From Phoronis australis (lineage: Eukaryota; Animalia; Phoronida): 64,000 nt of DNA. The position numbers and the translations under genes are program-made. A model generated the notes under the pieces. The model worked only from the letters and a program-made list of their open reading frames with translations, did no database searches and was not told the origin of the DNA. Each line of letters opens with the position of its first letter. Within the stretch, counting starts at the first letter, position 1. Where the stretch lies: the NCBI GenBank assembly GCA_002633005.1, contig NMRA01000001.1, forward strand, positions 4,072,102 to 4,136,101. Direction: 5' to 3'. This document shows, piece after piece, positions 12,701-24,945 of this stretch.

Positions 12701-15700
12701 GATCACTTAGAAACATATTTTTGACCCACTTTAGTTAAAAACACTTTCTGTAATTCTTGAGGTACTCGGGCTACCTTGAATCTCGAAATGGTGTTATCAG
12801 CCAATCACGATTTCGCTCTTGCATGGCTTATTTAAACACTAGTTTTTCAGTCTTCAAAAGACTTACCAAAAAAAAAAAAGTCATGTTGTTTTAACAATAT
12901 TTTCAAAGACAAACACGGCAAGTAATCAATGGAACTTGACAATTCATTGAAAAGCCAACTTCCAAATGAAATGTCAGAAAATCTTTCAACATATTCTTAG
13001 ATGCCTGCTGTAAAAGCAGGAATTTAAAATCCTAAAATTTGTAGTACATGATTCTCTCAAAAGAGTAGCCCATGATCTAAATGCGTGCATAAGATACTAA
13101 CCGTTCTTTGGCTTGCCTAGTAGCCCTCCAACGGGAATGCCTGGAGGGGGAGGGGGCAGGCCAGGAACTGGGGGAGGTCCAGGAGGAATGCTGCCAGGTA
13201 CTGGAGATTGAAATGGAGGGCAACCCGGGGGAGGTGGAGGGGCAGGTGGGGCACCTTCCTGGGATGGTGGCGTAAACACATTATCAGGAGAGGGCATAGC
13301 TGGAGGAGAGACTGGTCTTAAGTTAACATCTTCAGAAATGCAATCAGTTGGTTCGAGAGATCCAATTTCTGTTGAAGCATCCACCCTTGAATTCAAAGAT
13401 TGCATCCACTCCTTCAGCAGTGGAATGGGAATTGCATCTGTACCAACATCTTGTGTTGTCTGGAAGGGTTTTGCTGTACATTCGTGCAGTTTCAGTTCAA
13501 GTTCACGAATTCTGTTCTCCAGTGCTTTGATTTGGCCATGATAATCTCCCCTGAGCGCCAACAAAGAAAGGTCATGGTCATGCTAAAAATAGAATATACA
13601 CTCTTGTCTCAAGAGTAAATGACTGGAAGTTCATAATGAAAAGGAAATGAATATAGTCCTTGATCCACATTCCTAATGAGCATGCCAAAAAACACAAAAA
13701 GTCAGAGTTCTGGATAAATGGAAGTAATTTTTATTGTGTGTTCGGGTGCATCCACCCTGTGAGATGAGTATACTGCGGATATCACTGATCGTCTAGTCAA
13801 GATACAGCCGTATCATTATCAGTTTGACAGCGATAGCACGGGGAGAAAGTTGGCAAACCAGTGTTTACATAGTCCAGCGCTCTCGTTGTCTGCATTCATC
13901 TCAAAGCTCACGTAATCTAGCAATTATGTTATAAATAGTGCACCTGAAGCTAACCGATATTTAAATATAATATTTGCAAATGAAGTTCAACAAATGTCGT
14001 GAAGAAGATGTGTTTTGTATGAAATACTATCACCAAAAAAACTTCAAACCAACGGTTAACTTTCAGAGACATTAGACTTAATTTCACTTCTTTTGTGGGA
14101 CTGTAAGCTGTGACTCGCTTACAAAGTACTAATTTCCAAAACAAAACCAATAATCGTCAGTTAATGACACATTTCATGTACATTATTGCTAAAATATGAG
14201 CTGATAAGAGTTATAGGGCAAAAATTTAATTATTTCAAAATAGTGAAGCAAGACTGGAAGGCTAAATTCCTGATATTAGCATTTAAGTTGTATTTTATAA
14301 ACCAGACCCAAGGACTGCAGTCAGCCATTATCAACCTTGGAAATAGATAATTTAGTAAGTTTATTGACAATACATTTGTTACCTTTTGATGTTTATCACT
14401 ATCACTAATTGTGAATTCATATTGAAACAGTCAGTGCACGACCAAATGTAAACAGGATTTATTCAATACACAAGTCCATGATTTGGATATGCGGTTTTTG
14501 CAACAATGCGCACTCACTGTCAAGGTAGAGAACAAGTAAGGTAGAGTAAACAAATCAGTTTTTACATGGTACTCTATGAGGACACAACAACAGTTTGCTG
14601 ATGCAGTTCACTGTATTTTGAACAGATTCAAGTCATTATGCGCATTGTTCAAGTTTGACTGCCTAGGTCTAGTCTACATATTTTTACCTTTAAATCTTCA
14701 ACTTGTTGTTTGTGCTCTTTCTTCAGTGAGGACACAAGCGTTTGACAATCTTTAACAGAAAAAAAAACATTAACACTTCCAATTGGGATTTGTAATGGAT
14801 GAGAAGTTTTCATTCCCTAGCCACAAGAATTTTAAACCTTACGCACAAGCTGATTGAGACCAGAGAAAATTTGTATGCTCTCTCTCTCCTGATGGTTGTC
14901 CATTAATTTGCAGGACGAGTCCACTCAAGATCATTTTTACACCAACATGACTGTAAAAAACTAGGAAAGAAATATTCGCTATGCCAAAAATAGTGAGTGA
15001 AGTGTTTTTTATTTACTTCGTCATCACTTAATAAAGCTAGATTTATCCGTGTTTAACTGAACATTAGGCAACTCTTACGCCAACAGGATTTGCAGACAAG
15101 TGGACGAGAAAGCATTCACTGTTCACCCTAGAGAATCCAGCAAATTCCTTGGCACATCAAAAGTGCCGCCACACAGACTTACCAGAGAACAAGTTACTCC
15201 TTGAACGAGTTGTCGCAAGGTTTGACTGCTGTGTGCAACTAGTGCCACTTACCCCACTTAATTGTGACAACTCACTCTAATCACTGTGGGGCCAAAACCT
15301 GGGGCAAGGCAGAATTAGCTGCTGCGGTTACATTAGACGGCTGTCATCTTTTGTGTGCAGTATTCGAATCAGCTGTTCATTGTCACACATAGAGCGACAA
15401 CTCCTGTCTTACCCCAGTTACTAGACATGTGTTTGTAGACCCTCCCCTTAAAAAGAGGTATAGGCTTGATGGAGCTGCCACTAGTTGAAGTGAGCTAGCT
15501 TTTGGCTGAATGGGTATTGGATGAGATAATTGCAGTCGTAAACCAACGGTGCCTGTTTAGCGTATGAGTTTCAAAGTCAAAAAATGAACAATAAGTAAGG
15601 CAAACGACCAAAAAGACTGGTTTTAAAATCAAAAAGAAAATATTAACTGTCCTAGAATTTTTAAAATCAATGCATTATAAGGGAAATTAGAAAATATATT

Positions 15701-18700
15701 TTCTTCAGCAGAGCCACTAAAGGCCCAATCATACTAACGTCGAGTCGTCAACGTTTTGGGGAGTTGCCGTCAGTATGAACGGTTAACTCGGTCCTGGATT
15801 GAAGTTAAAAAGCGTCAGTTGATTTCGCAGGTAGATTTAACAGCGAAGCATAAATGCTGCGGGGCAATATGAATGGCCAACTTCGGTCCCATCAAAGTTA
15901 TTGCCAGGGGCCACTGTTATCGTCAACAATTAAAGAGCAGTGTCGTCACTAACAGCTGTTTATATTTTGCTCAAATAATCACTAATCAAACTGGAAATAA
16001 ATCTTATGTCAATTAGCACAATGTAAATGTTCCTAAATTGTCACATTATAAAATCTTAGCATGCACGTGATGCATCAGCGCCACCTTGTGATTACTTTGA
16101 TGACAACAACCTCACCTACTGTTTACTTCAATGTCCGTTAACTACCAAAAAGCTGGTATGAACGATTCAGCTAACTTCGCAGTTTATGTCGACGCTTCGC
16201 TCAGACCGGAGTTAAGTCAGTACATGCATTTATTTGTGAATCAATTACAACGAGTTAGTCCCAGTCTAGGTTAAGCTCGGTTAGGCGTTTAGATAACAAA
16301 ATCTCAAACCTTAGCATAGGAGTTGCCTCATGTTAAACCAAAAATTAAAGAAGGCCTTTCACTCTTATAAGATCAGTCTTAAAGATTTCCTTACTATGAT
16401 ACGAATCATTTTCTGTAAAATTATCAAGAACAATAAAAACTGACAACAGGTCAAGTAACGCACCACACAATCATCGATTTTATTGGGGTTGTCTTGAACC
16501 CTGAAATTCAAAAATGGCACGAGGAATTCATTGAAAAATAGGCCAGTCACATAACACAACAACGACCATTTTCCGAGAGCAGATCGCACATCATTTGTTG
16601 GATTTGGCTCTTCACTTAAGAACACGAAATATGTTTAACCAGACAGCTAAACAGTGGGCAAAATGCAACTCAAATGGTATACCTGTGAGAACATCGGTAG
16701 GAGAGAACGGCTCGTTTCCACTTGCATCATCGGAAGGGGGCCAGCTCATCAATGGAGAAACGTGGTCACAACGTGACCAGTGGTAGACTGCATCCAGCTG
16801 TTCAAATAAACATGCAAGTAAATCAAATGTTAAAATGTTAAAATAAAATATAACCATAGTTTGTAATAAAATAACAGGCCCGTAAACTGACAGGAGCTTG
16901 GACTTTCTTCAGTTATAACAGACAATTTTTTTTGTCAAATGAGTCTTAGGGCAGTAGGGGAACTTCCGAATTACCAAGAGAAATGGTTTTAGAAGGAGCC
17001 ACGGAGACCGAAATGAACAAATTCGGCCTTATGGATCAATTTTGATTGGCAGTTACGCTTAGACTCAGTTATTCTCAAGTGTGTTAAGCTTTCAATAGAG
17101 ATACGTCACAATCCAAGCAACTACTCTAAATTGGAGACAACTAATAAGGCGGTGGCCTAACTTTCCTTAAACTAATATATTTTTTCAAACTCACCGCAAA
17201 ATTGAACAAAAGTAAAAAATACTTTTTTTCACACCATCCAATCATCTTAAAACAAGTACAACGTTAAATGCTGTAATGCACCCATGGTTGCACCACAAAC
17301 AGTATGTTGTGGCATTAATTAGTATTATAAAAATGGCCCTTAGATAGTGCTGAATACGTCAAATCAGCCAAAAAGTTTGATGGTGTCATAGTTGCTAAAC
17401 TTCATGAATATCTTCCATTAAGAATGCCAAAGTTACAGACTGAGAGGTAAATGCAAACAAAAAAAATTGCCATTAGAAAGCACAGGGGTTGTTGGATGCG
17501 CCCATACACTGTTCAATTAATTACAATACACTTGCCAAATTTCCAAATTTCTTGCAAGAGGTTTAGTAGATACAGCTGCATAATGCTAGGCACCACAGTT
17601 GTTGGACCAGTCTGAAAATCTACACCAGTAGTGCTCTTGTCATTCAGACATCTTGAAAAACTTGTGCAATTTGACCATGATTGTACTCATCCAGATTAAT
17701 TTCCAAGGCCCTTCAATTCAAAAATCAAGGGGTGGGTGATTAGAATTGAACACATGAGAGCTTTTTCCCATTCATACATGTTACCAGACTATGCCAGTTC
17801 TGAACGTCTGATAACCTATGGTTCCTTTGTTAACTGCTGAGTGCTTCTTTCGTCTGGTATGACAACATGCAGGCCAATACGACCCTCCCACATTACACGG
17901 CGGCAGAACTCTCCTTTGTCCCAGAGATAAGAGAGCGTGTGACCTCGAATGGCAAGGTGCCTCACTAACAGAGGTTGTTGGTCAAAGGCAAGCATGTTGC
18001 AAATGTTTTAGGAGCTAAACTTACTACGAGATGGAAAGCACCTTTAAGGACTGAGAATCTCAATCGTTGACACTGTGGTGAATTTTAAGCTAAGCATTGG
18101 GCATTTAAAAGTCAAAATTTGGGAATTTCAGAGGTGGGCATTAAGGCGAACATAGGCGAGTATATAAGGGGACGCCTGCTTGCAATTTTTTGTCTACTGT
18201 AATGTCCTAATCAAAAAAGGTTTGATGAATATTTTCATTGACCTTTTCTGCTAGTACAACAGATCTGTAGAAAATGTGGAATTCACAATAGTAATTACAA
18301 TTTATTTTAATTACAACAGTGACTTGAATATAACACAGGTAATATTATTACTGACTTTAGTTACTGTTCTTACTGCCATGTCCATCAGATATTGTACAAT
18401 TTGAAACCTGACATGAGACCAGACTGCTGTCAAAATCTAGGAAGTAAAGTGCAGATGGAATGCCATGTTGTGGTTGTGAATACCATATCCTAGTATCCAA
18501 ACCAAATGGGAGGCAAAAATAGACTGTTACCTTAAACATAGAACTGTCAGTTCTGTCTGGTTGTAGTACTCCCCCTGACCGCAGGTGTGAGCATATCTGT
18601 GCAGCAACTATTCTCAGGTCATCTTCACTTAAAAGGCCATGAAGACGGTGTTGATCGCCAAAGGCTGAGCAAAGCCAAGAAACTAAAGATTCACCTGCCA

Positions 18701-21700
18701 ACAACACATTTGTAGTTGAAAAGCAAATATTAATTTAATAATTCAAAATTTTGATATCCTTGAAGGTATATCTACTAAAGAGACAAGCAGGTCCTCTGAG
18801 CTATGTACTCAGTAGACCCAAGATGTAAGCGTAGTACATAATCCTCGCCTAATAGAAACAGTTAATTTTACCATAATTTATGAATTCTATCCCACAATCC
18901 AACATTCCAACCTCATCAACCAATCACATCAGTGGCTGTCATTTTGCAAGGTACTCTAGTACTAAAGATCCAGAGTATACTGACAAAACATTTGCCTTTC
19001 ACTTGCGTCATTTTGTGTGATCTCACTTTTCTCACAAGAAACTTCTTCCAAGATATGTTCCCCAGTTCAAACTCTTAAAGCCACTATCTTCACAAAAGTA
19101 GCTTCAGAAAAACGTTTGGCTCAAGAATGGAGTCTGAAGCTCCAGTGTTCACTGCCACCAATGAGTGTTCATGTCAAAGCAAAACGAAACAATTTACTTC
19201 AGGACCTGCATGAGTCAACAATCGTTTACAAAAGAGCAATGCAAAGCAATTAAATGCACTCACGACTGCACACAGGGTTATTCTTCTAAGCAGGGGTGTT
19301 TATTAGTAACATACAAAATACAATTAGTTTTATTTGTCCTCTATGATACCCAAGCTGAAAATCAGCAAATGCAAGGAAATTGAAAATTAACACTTGTCTA
19401 GGAGACGCTACGATAGAACAGTGTGAAAATTAACACTAGGGGACGCTAGGATACAACAGTGTGAAAATCAACACTAGGAGACCCTACGATAGAACAGTGT
19501 AAAAATCAATGTCCACCATAGTCTTCTGAATAAGAACACATCTATCTAGGATGATTCTTCAAGCCCTGTGCGAATGAGAAGGCAGACGTTCACCAACAAG
19601 CACTAAGATAACAACTAGAACAACACAAAACATTGTTAAGCGCCTACAAAGCACAGCAAACGGTACGTTTCTAGGGATGCTTTACGTAAGACTAATACAA
19701 GGGAGACAGCAATTTGAAAACACTAAGTAGCCACAATAGTCAAAATTGTCAAAAAGTCTTGGTACCTCACCTTTTAAACTAAAACAAAATCAAAGAGCAA
19801 AATAAAGTTTTCAACATTAACAACAAATAAATAAAACATGCTCAAAAGGGGTACAGTACAGCCACAAAACGACATAACGGCCAAAGCACAAGTCAGTTAC
19901 ATTAACAATTTAATGAGGGCAGACTTTAATTTAATTTAATTTCTTTAACAATTATTTCAGCTTTAAGGTTATTCCAAACCTTATTCAGTTAGCTCCATTC
20001 TTTTTTATTTCTATTATTTATTAATGTAATATTTACAATGAGGGTAGCCCCATCAGTTCACACAGCTTTCCATGGAGGCCCTCTGACTCGTATATTATAA
20101 AAACTAGGCTTTTTCAATTGATAAATGTACATACATTTTCTGAAAGAAAACGATCAGGGAGAACAAAAATATATTTAGTATTAATGTGGGCTGCAGTCTA
20201 CATATCTCAGATTGGGGCTTCAACATTACTATGGACTGCCCAATGTACTCTAGTCAGTTGAGCACTGCCAAGTGGATGGTGAAGATTACACCATGAAAAA
20301 CTGTTAGTGATAATGTATTACCTGTAAAATTTCTGCTGTTTTTGAAATCCAGCTTCTCAGGAACATCTTTCAAGTTCAAAATCGCATCTTCCAACTTGAG
20401 TCCATCTGCAGAACATTGCCACAACGTTGACGTGCCCTTGGATTCCTTCAAGGAGTGGTTACCCTGATCAGATGAAGCACTTGATAAAAGAGACGGAACG
20501 TTTGATGCCGAAATACCGGGTCCTTCCTCAAAGAAACGCACCTCCTCTACCTTAACCTCCGTTACAGAATTTTCACTCAATTGTATATTGCCATTTTTCG
20601 CAGAGATATCAAGGGTCTGTTGCCTTTCCAATACAGACTTGTCAGAATTGACATAACTGCACTCACTTGGGTCTGCCTCCACAATACCTTCCCGCTCAGC
20701 ATTGTTTTTTTCAACCCAATTCAAATACTGTACAATGTAATCCTTCTCAGGCAAGACATTACCCTCTTCATCACATCTGTGAGTCATCTCATTTCCTTCG
20801 GGTGCAAATTCATAAGACTTGTGGAACTCTTTTATCGTCCTCTTCAAATCTTCGTTGTCACTGTCATGCACTGGATTTACAAAAACATCAAAACTCTCAT
20901 CAGAGTTCTGAGACCTTGTAAAGCTACGTCGGTAACTTTCAGAGACATCAGAGAATTTTTCAGTCGGTGCAAATTGTTGATACTCCCTACCTGTGGTTTC
21001 CAATTCAGGGGCTAATAAGCTATCCTCCAAGGCATCGTCTTCTCTCGAAAGTGAAGGACTATGTGAGAGCACAGAGAATGAAGTGACTACGCCTTTCTGT
21101 TCTTCCGTAACTTTATCCACGATCTCTTCAAACACGGTTTCCTGCGAGTGAGATCCCGCATGTGGTTGTTGATAAGACAAGAGACCAGTCTGAACTTCAC
21201 ACACAGTCTTTTCAGTGAGCCTATTATCTTCCTTTGTTGAGAGCTGATTAGAACTATCAGGAGAACCAAGAGGGAAATGATTATTTATACCACAATCCAA
21301 TTCACTATGCATATTTTCCTGGTGCCTGGCATCACAAAATATTTTGTCTTTCTCACAGCTGTTATACTGTTCATTGGCAGTTGTTCTGCACCCAAAAAAC
21401 TGAGATTGCTGATTATAGTTACCACTGTCATTTCCCTGCACCATTTCGGTTGTGGTTCCGCAGTTTTCTGCAGCGGAAACCAGAGCGATGCAAAGTCCTC
21501 CTCTTTTGGTGTCTATAGATTTTATCCAAGCCTGAGTCGCCATGTCGAGATCAGTGACTGAGTCACTACTATTACCCTTATCACCTGATGAGTTATGACC
21601 CCCATTGCAATATTGCTGTAAACCATGTGAATCATTCAATGACAGACAAACTCCATTATCTGCCTTGTTATCAACACTAACATCTGTTTTACTATGAGTG

Positions 21701-22196
21701 CCTCTAGATGGCAATTCAGTATCATCAGAGGCCAACAGCCCAGTGTTTTTGTTGCTACATGGTGCCACTGGTTTATCATCCAGATCAGTCTCATTGCTGT
21801 CATAACAGGTGTCTGTTCTAATGCTCAACTGAAGTTCATCAACAGTTTTAAAATCTTTAGTCAGTTCCAATTCACAATCACTTAACACGTCAGCCATGCC
21901 AACAAAGCTCTCCCTTTCCTCACAGGTTTCATCACCAGACCCCAACCTCCAGTTCTCAGGATCATCAAAATTTTCATAATTCTCACACGAGTCTCTGCAG
22001 GGCTCAAATTTTTTGTACGTTTGTTTCTCATTGCCCCTTGACTTTCCACCAGATTCATGACCCCCATCTTGGACTACAGTCTTTGTATGCTTCACTAATC
22101 CCTTAGTCTCCTTTTTGTTTGCCGATCCATGTGTGCCGTGTCTCTGTCCCATGCTGAATGGTAGATTATCCTCATACAACTCGATTAGAAATCCAT
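597..22196 (-). CDS. FMN: Formin of the FMN/cappuccino subfamily (multi-exon, 3' end outside window). Coding exons: 20322-22196, 18531-18694, 16683-16797, 14688-14749, 13102-13582, 12509-12617, 9993-10140, 7998-8085, 7459-7520, 6416-6495, 6026-6155, 5445-5591, 4294-4474, 2217-2361, 597-737
   Basis: The 15 exons all have AG/GT boundaries and matching phases and give one open frame. It contains polyproline FH1, FH2 motifs [28 protein letters not shown] and [33 protein letters not shown], and the FMN-type tail [19 protein letters not shown]. The GGNRxRGQADG motif and the absence of a recognisable GBD/DID fit FMN1/FMN2/Capu. Confidence 0.93.
2217..2361 (-). CDS. FMN: Formin exon, FH2 ([49 protein letters not shown])
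   Basis: tttcag/gtaata boundaries, phase 1 to 2, typical FH2 PF..M..F motif. Confidence 0.9.
2459..3621 (+). mobile_element. Short derivative of an RNase H-encoding non-LTR retrotransposon, in a formin intron
   Basis: ORF 3156-3596 has the RNase H C-terminal motif [20 protein letters not shown]. There is a 3' (CAGAAA)3 tail and a 9-bp direct repeat ACGTAACAG at 2450-2458 and 3622-3630. No RT or endonuclease is visible. Confidence 0.78.
3628..4230. mobile_element. Degenerate MITE-like element
   Basis: Imperfect inverted arms (cacaaatttt...ctggtcagaa...gccgact...gcagactt versus their complements at about 4100-4230). Confidence 0.4.
4294..4474 (-). CDS. FMN: Formin exon, FH2 ([11 protein letters not shown]...[20 protein letters not shown])
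   Basis: ctag/gtaag boundaries; LLHYLV FH2 motif. Confidence 0.92.
5445..5591 (-). CDS. FMN: Formin exon, FH2 GNYMN motif
   Basis: [36 protein letters not shown]; cag/gt boundaries, 147 nt, phase 0 to 0. Confidence 0.95.
6026..6155 (-). CDS. FMN: Formin exon, FH2 ([26 protein letters not shown]...)
   Basis: ttcag/gtacg boundaries; FH2-like sequence. Confidence 0.92.
6416..6495 (-). CDS. FMN: Formin exon, FH2 ([27 protein letters not shown])
   Basis: ttcag/gtatt boundaries; PT.EE and LD.PE FH2 motifs; phases match neighbours. Confidence 0.9.
7459..7520 (-). CDS. FMN: Formin exon, FH2 ([21 protein letters not shown])
   Basis: ttcag/gtaag boundaries; phase 1 to 0. Confidence 0.9.
7998..8085 (-). 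CDS. FMN: Formin exon, FH2 ([29 protein letters not shown])
   Basis: cacag/gtaag boundaries; FMN LLD.RSQ.VGILI motif. Confidence 0.93.
8235..9649. mobile_element. Non-autonomous DNA transposon with about 175-bp TIRs (CACGGGTGAGAAACAACATGACC...) and a 5-bp TSD; CMC/Transib/Chapaev-like termini
   Basis: 8235-8410 is a near reverse complement of 9476-9649; AACAC flanks both ends (8230-8234, 9650-9654); no transposase ORF inside. Confidence 0.88.
9993..10140 (-). CDS. FMN: Formin exon, FH2 lasso/linker ([22 protein letters not shown]...KKKVKE)
   Basis: ttccag/gtatg boundaries; LW...EF..F motif. Confidence 0.9.
12509..12617 (-). CDS. FMN: Formin exon, FH2 start ([24 protein letters not shown]...)
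   Basis: cgtag/gtatg boundaries; MKPLFW motif. Confidence 0.92.
13102..13582 (-). CDS. FMN: Formin exon, coiled coil plus FH1 polyproline region
   Basis: tttttag/gttag boundaries; [29 protein letters not shown] coiled coil, then PPAPPPPPG...LPPPPPG. Confidence 0.92.
14688..14749 (-). CDS. FMN: Formin exon, coiled coil ([21 protein letters not shown])
   Basis: poly-T tract followed by aag acceptor, gtaaa donor; resembles the FMN LKREH..EI..L segment; phases fit. Confidence 0.85.
16683..16797 (-). CDS. FMN: Formin exon (LDAVYHWSR...SPLMSWPPS...)
   Basis: aacag/gtata boundaries, phase 0 to 1; WPP motif as in the FMN AVWPPP segment. Confidence 0.82.
18531..18694 (-). CDS. FMN: Formin exon, DEP-like segment ([13 protein letters not shown]...[10 protein letters not shown]...MFK)
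   Basis: ggcag/gtaac boundaries; spliced product [10 protein letters not shown]...L...GVL...F...Y.W resembles a DEP fold. Confidence 0.83.
19383..19510. repeat. Short tandem repeat, about 37-bp unit, about 3 copies (aaaattaacactaggagacgctacgatagaacagtgtg)
   Basis: Directly visible imperfect direct repeats. Confidence 0.8.
20322..22196 (-). CDS. FMN: Large N-terminal exon of the formin (acidic, Ser-rich, low complexity); in-exon start candidate Met at 22152 (MGQRHG...)
   Basis: 641-codon open frame, tttctag acceptor at 22197 and gtaata donor after ...RNFT-G; in phase with the next exon. A large disordered N-terminal exon is typical of FMN genes. Confidence 0.82.
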
Positions 22197-23997
22197 CTAG
22201 AAATAGTTACAAGCAGATTATGACAAAAGCTCTTTAAGTTGATGGCACAATTAGCGTGAACAAAAGCCAAACTCAACAAAAAACGTTTTTAAGTTAATTT
22301 TAGTAACTTGTTATAACTTGTAAAACATTATTAGGTAAGAATTCAAGCATTATCTTTGCAATGTTGTGTAAGTTTTAAGGCATTACAATTATCTCTTGTA
22401 AGGTTTAACTTCCCAATGCAGATATCGATCAATTAATCATTGGTGCAGTTTTTTGTCCTTCAACAGGACTCACACGCCAATTATCTACTACCATGAATGA
22501 ATTGAACACATCTGTGCTGATTGAAGTACTGGTCAACAAAACAAATTAAATTACATCCTTTTAGGCAAAATTTTACTATATTTCTTCTGGGAAAATCATC
22601 CTTGGAAATTAATTTCAGAAGCCATATTGCACTTTATTTCAACCAGTGTTATAGTAGTAGGGAGGTAATTGCTCCACATAAAAGGAACTTTGATTACTTC
22701 TCGTGATCAGGAAAATTAATAAAGCCAACATTCTTATACAATTCTATTGAATAAGTACAAGGTGACATGAAAGGAGCAGATTCCTAGAATTTTGGTAACT
22801 GTTTACCCTCAGTCTTAGCATCTCTTAGGACCAGAGGCCTCGCTCACTGCATCTTTAAGCCGAAAGCTGAGATGGCAATATTTTTGAAGGGGGAAATGCT
22901 CCCGGTTGCCACTACTGACCAGCCCCCGGACATCACCAAGTGCACCAAATGGCACTTCCTCAAATAGTCAAAAATAATGTCCGGGCCATTTTGAAGTGTT
23001 GCCTCACACAACACTACTTAGAAAAGATCACCCGCCAGTTTTGCTTTTTCTTAGAACTGAACTAGCCCTAGAGAATATTTCAAGAGTGTGTGGTACAGTA
23101 ATGGACCCAACAATTCCCCAAATGACTCTTACATCATAGACTTTGAACACTATTATAATAAATCCAGATTTCGTTCTCCACATCGAGTTTTAAACACAGC
23201 AAAGGCATGATTGTGAAGTGAGGAATTTTGCAGTTAATTGAAAACCTTCTGAATTCGAGGGCTTGTGTGAGATAAAGGTGGACAATTCCATGACAATTGT
23301 AACATTTCTGGTTTCACCTGCTGGAAAGACCAATCTCTCTGTTTACAGTAAAACATTTTAATTTCTTAAAATTTTCAATTTTCTTATAACGTGGTCCTAA
23401 CTGTGGGGGTCAGATAACCTTAAAAATGACTCCGGTTTTTACACGAGTTGCTAATTCTTGTAATGAATATTCAAATTATGGGAATATCACTACTATTAAT
23501 TTTGCGCAAGCCTAAACTGTCCAAAAGTATCATTTGCCCTCCCACACATCATCAACCTCTTGGGGTAAAAGGTCAATTCCTGGGTATTATGGTCACGTGT
23601 CCATCACAATTTTTTTTTAATTTTCCAATGAAAATTGAAATAATTTTAGATTCTGTCTGAACTTCTTAATAAAATTAAATACTATTAACCAAATTTTCAA
23701 ATCTCAAGGATTATACCTAACGTCATAAATCGAGTGATAGACGTACCTTAAATTTGTAGGTCCATCACATCAGAGATACAATCTTTCAACTACTGGGTAA
23801 TGTGCCCAGTTGTATTTATTTTACTCTGCAGTAATGTAGAAGATTAAATTTCTGTTCAGTGTAAGATTCTACAAGAACAATGCAGAGCACTGATATGCAC
23901 CCACTATATGCATCATCGCAGAATACAAGGGATTCACAACTACATTGAACATTCCCATAAAAAGGAGTAATGCTAGTTATTACTAAAAATAGCCTCT

Positions 23998-24945
23998 AGG
24001 ACAGCTATTGGATTTTGGATGTCAACCAACTCGAAACCACTACCAGTTTGACCCTTTCGTTGTTTCATAATATGACCACCAGGTGGGGTAGGAATTGAAT
24101 GTTGGAGGTCAACCAAATTTGTAATCAGGCAGCCAACTAACTACACCTCACTAGCAGTGTCTTGGTAGGACACCTATTAGATGTTGGATGTCAACCAACT
24201 AACTCCAGCTAATTAGCTGTCTCTCTCTTTTATCGCTTGACCACAGGTAGGACAGCTATTGGATGTTGGCTGTCAACCAACTAATTCCAACGTACTAACT
24301 GGCTGTCCCTTTGATCATTTGATCACCAGGTGGGGCAGCTATTGAATGTTGGATGTCAACCAACTAACTATACCTCACTTCGCTGTGTCTCCCTTTGGAT
24401 AGTTTTACCATTTGACGACCAGATAGGATAGCTATTGGATGTCAACCCACTAACTCCAGCTTAGTAGCTGTCTTTCTCTTTGATCATTTGAACAACAGAT
24501 GGGGCAATTATTGGATGTTGGATTAGTCAACCCTGAACTAACTCCAACTAAGTAGTTCTCTCTCCCTAAGTGCGGCAGCTATTGGATGTCACAAACTAGC
24601 TCCAACTCACTACCTGTCTGTCCCTTTGATCTTTTAACCACCAGATGGGGCAGCTATTGGATGTTGATTATTATCGTAGTTGGCAAACCAACCAAGTCAC
24701 TCTATGACCATCTGAAGTTTGTCCATCATATGGATCAGCTAATGGTTGTTAGACTGCAACCAACTAATACGCAGCCTGTGCCTGATCACTGTGCTTTTCA
24801 CCTCCAGACAGAACAATCAATTTACTAGTTGTTTAACTACTTCTGCACATGGTGGAAAACCATCACTTTACAATCATGCCAGTGTCCATTCCTTATTTGG
24901 TTTTACCACCAGGTGGTGTGCTTTGCAACTGGCTGGTTGTCATCC
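23998..24945. repeat. Diverged minisatellite array, unit about 60-85 bp (cagctattggatgttggatgtcaaccaactaactcc...tttgaccaccaggtggg)
   Basis: About 10-12 recognisable copies of the gctattggatgt/tcaaccaactaa core. Confidence 0.85.

Noticed and set aside
15720-16360. Harbinger-like MITE
   Set aside because: Repeat-like sequence, but only a 6-bp terminal match (aaggcc/ggcctt) and no clear TSD.
20254-22179. 641-aa ORF as a standalone gene
   Set aside because: It has a splice acceptor at 22197 and a donor at 20321 in phase with downstream formin exons, so it is the formin's large N-terminal exon.
23998-24945. CRISPR-like repeat array
   Set aside because: The repeats are degenerate, the intervening sequences resemble each other rather than being unique spacers, no cas genes are present, and the context is a eukaryotic intron.
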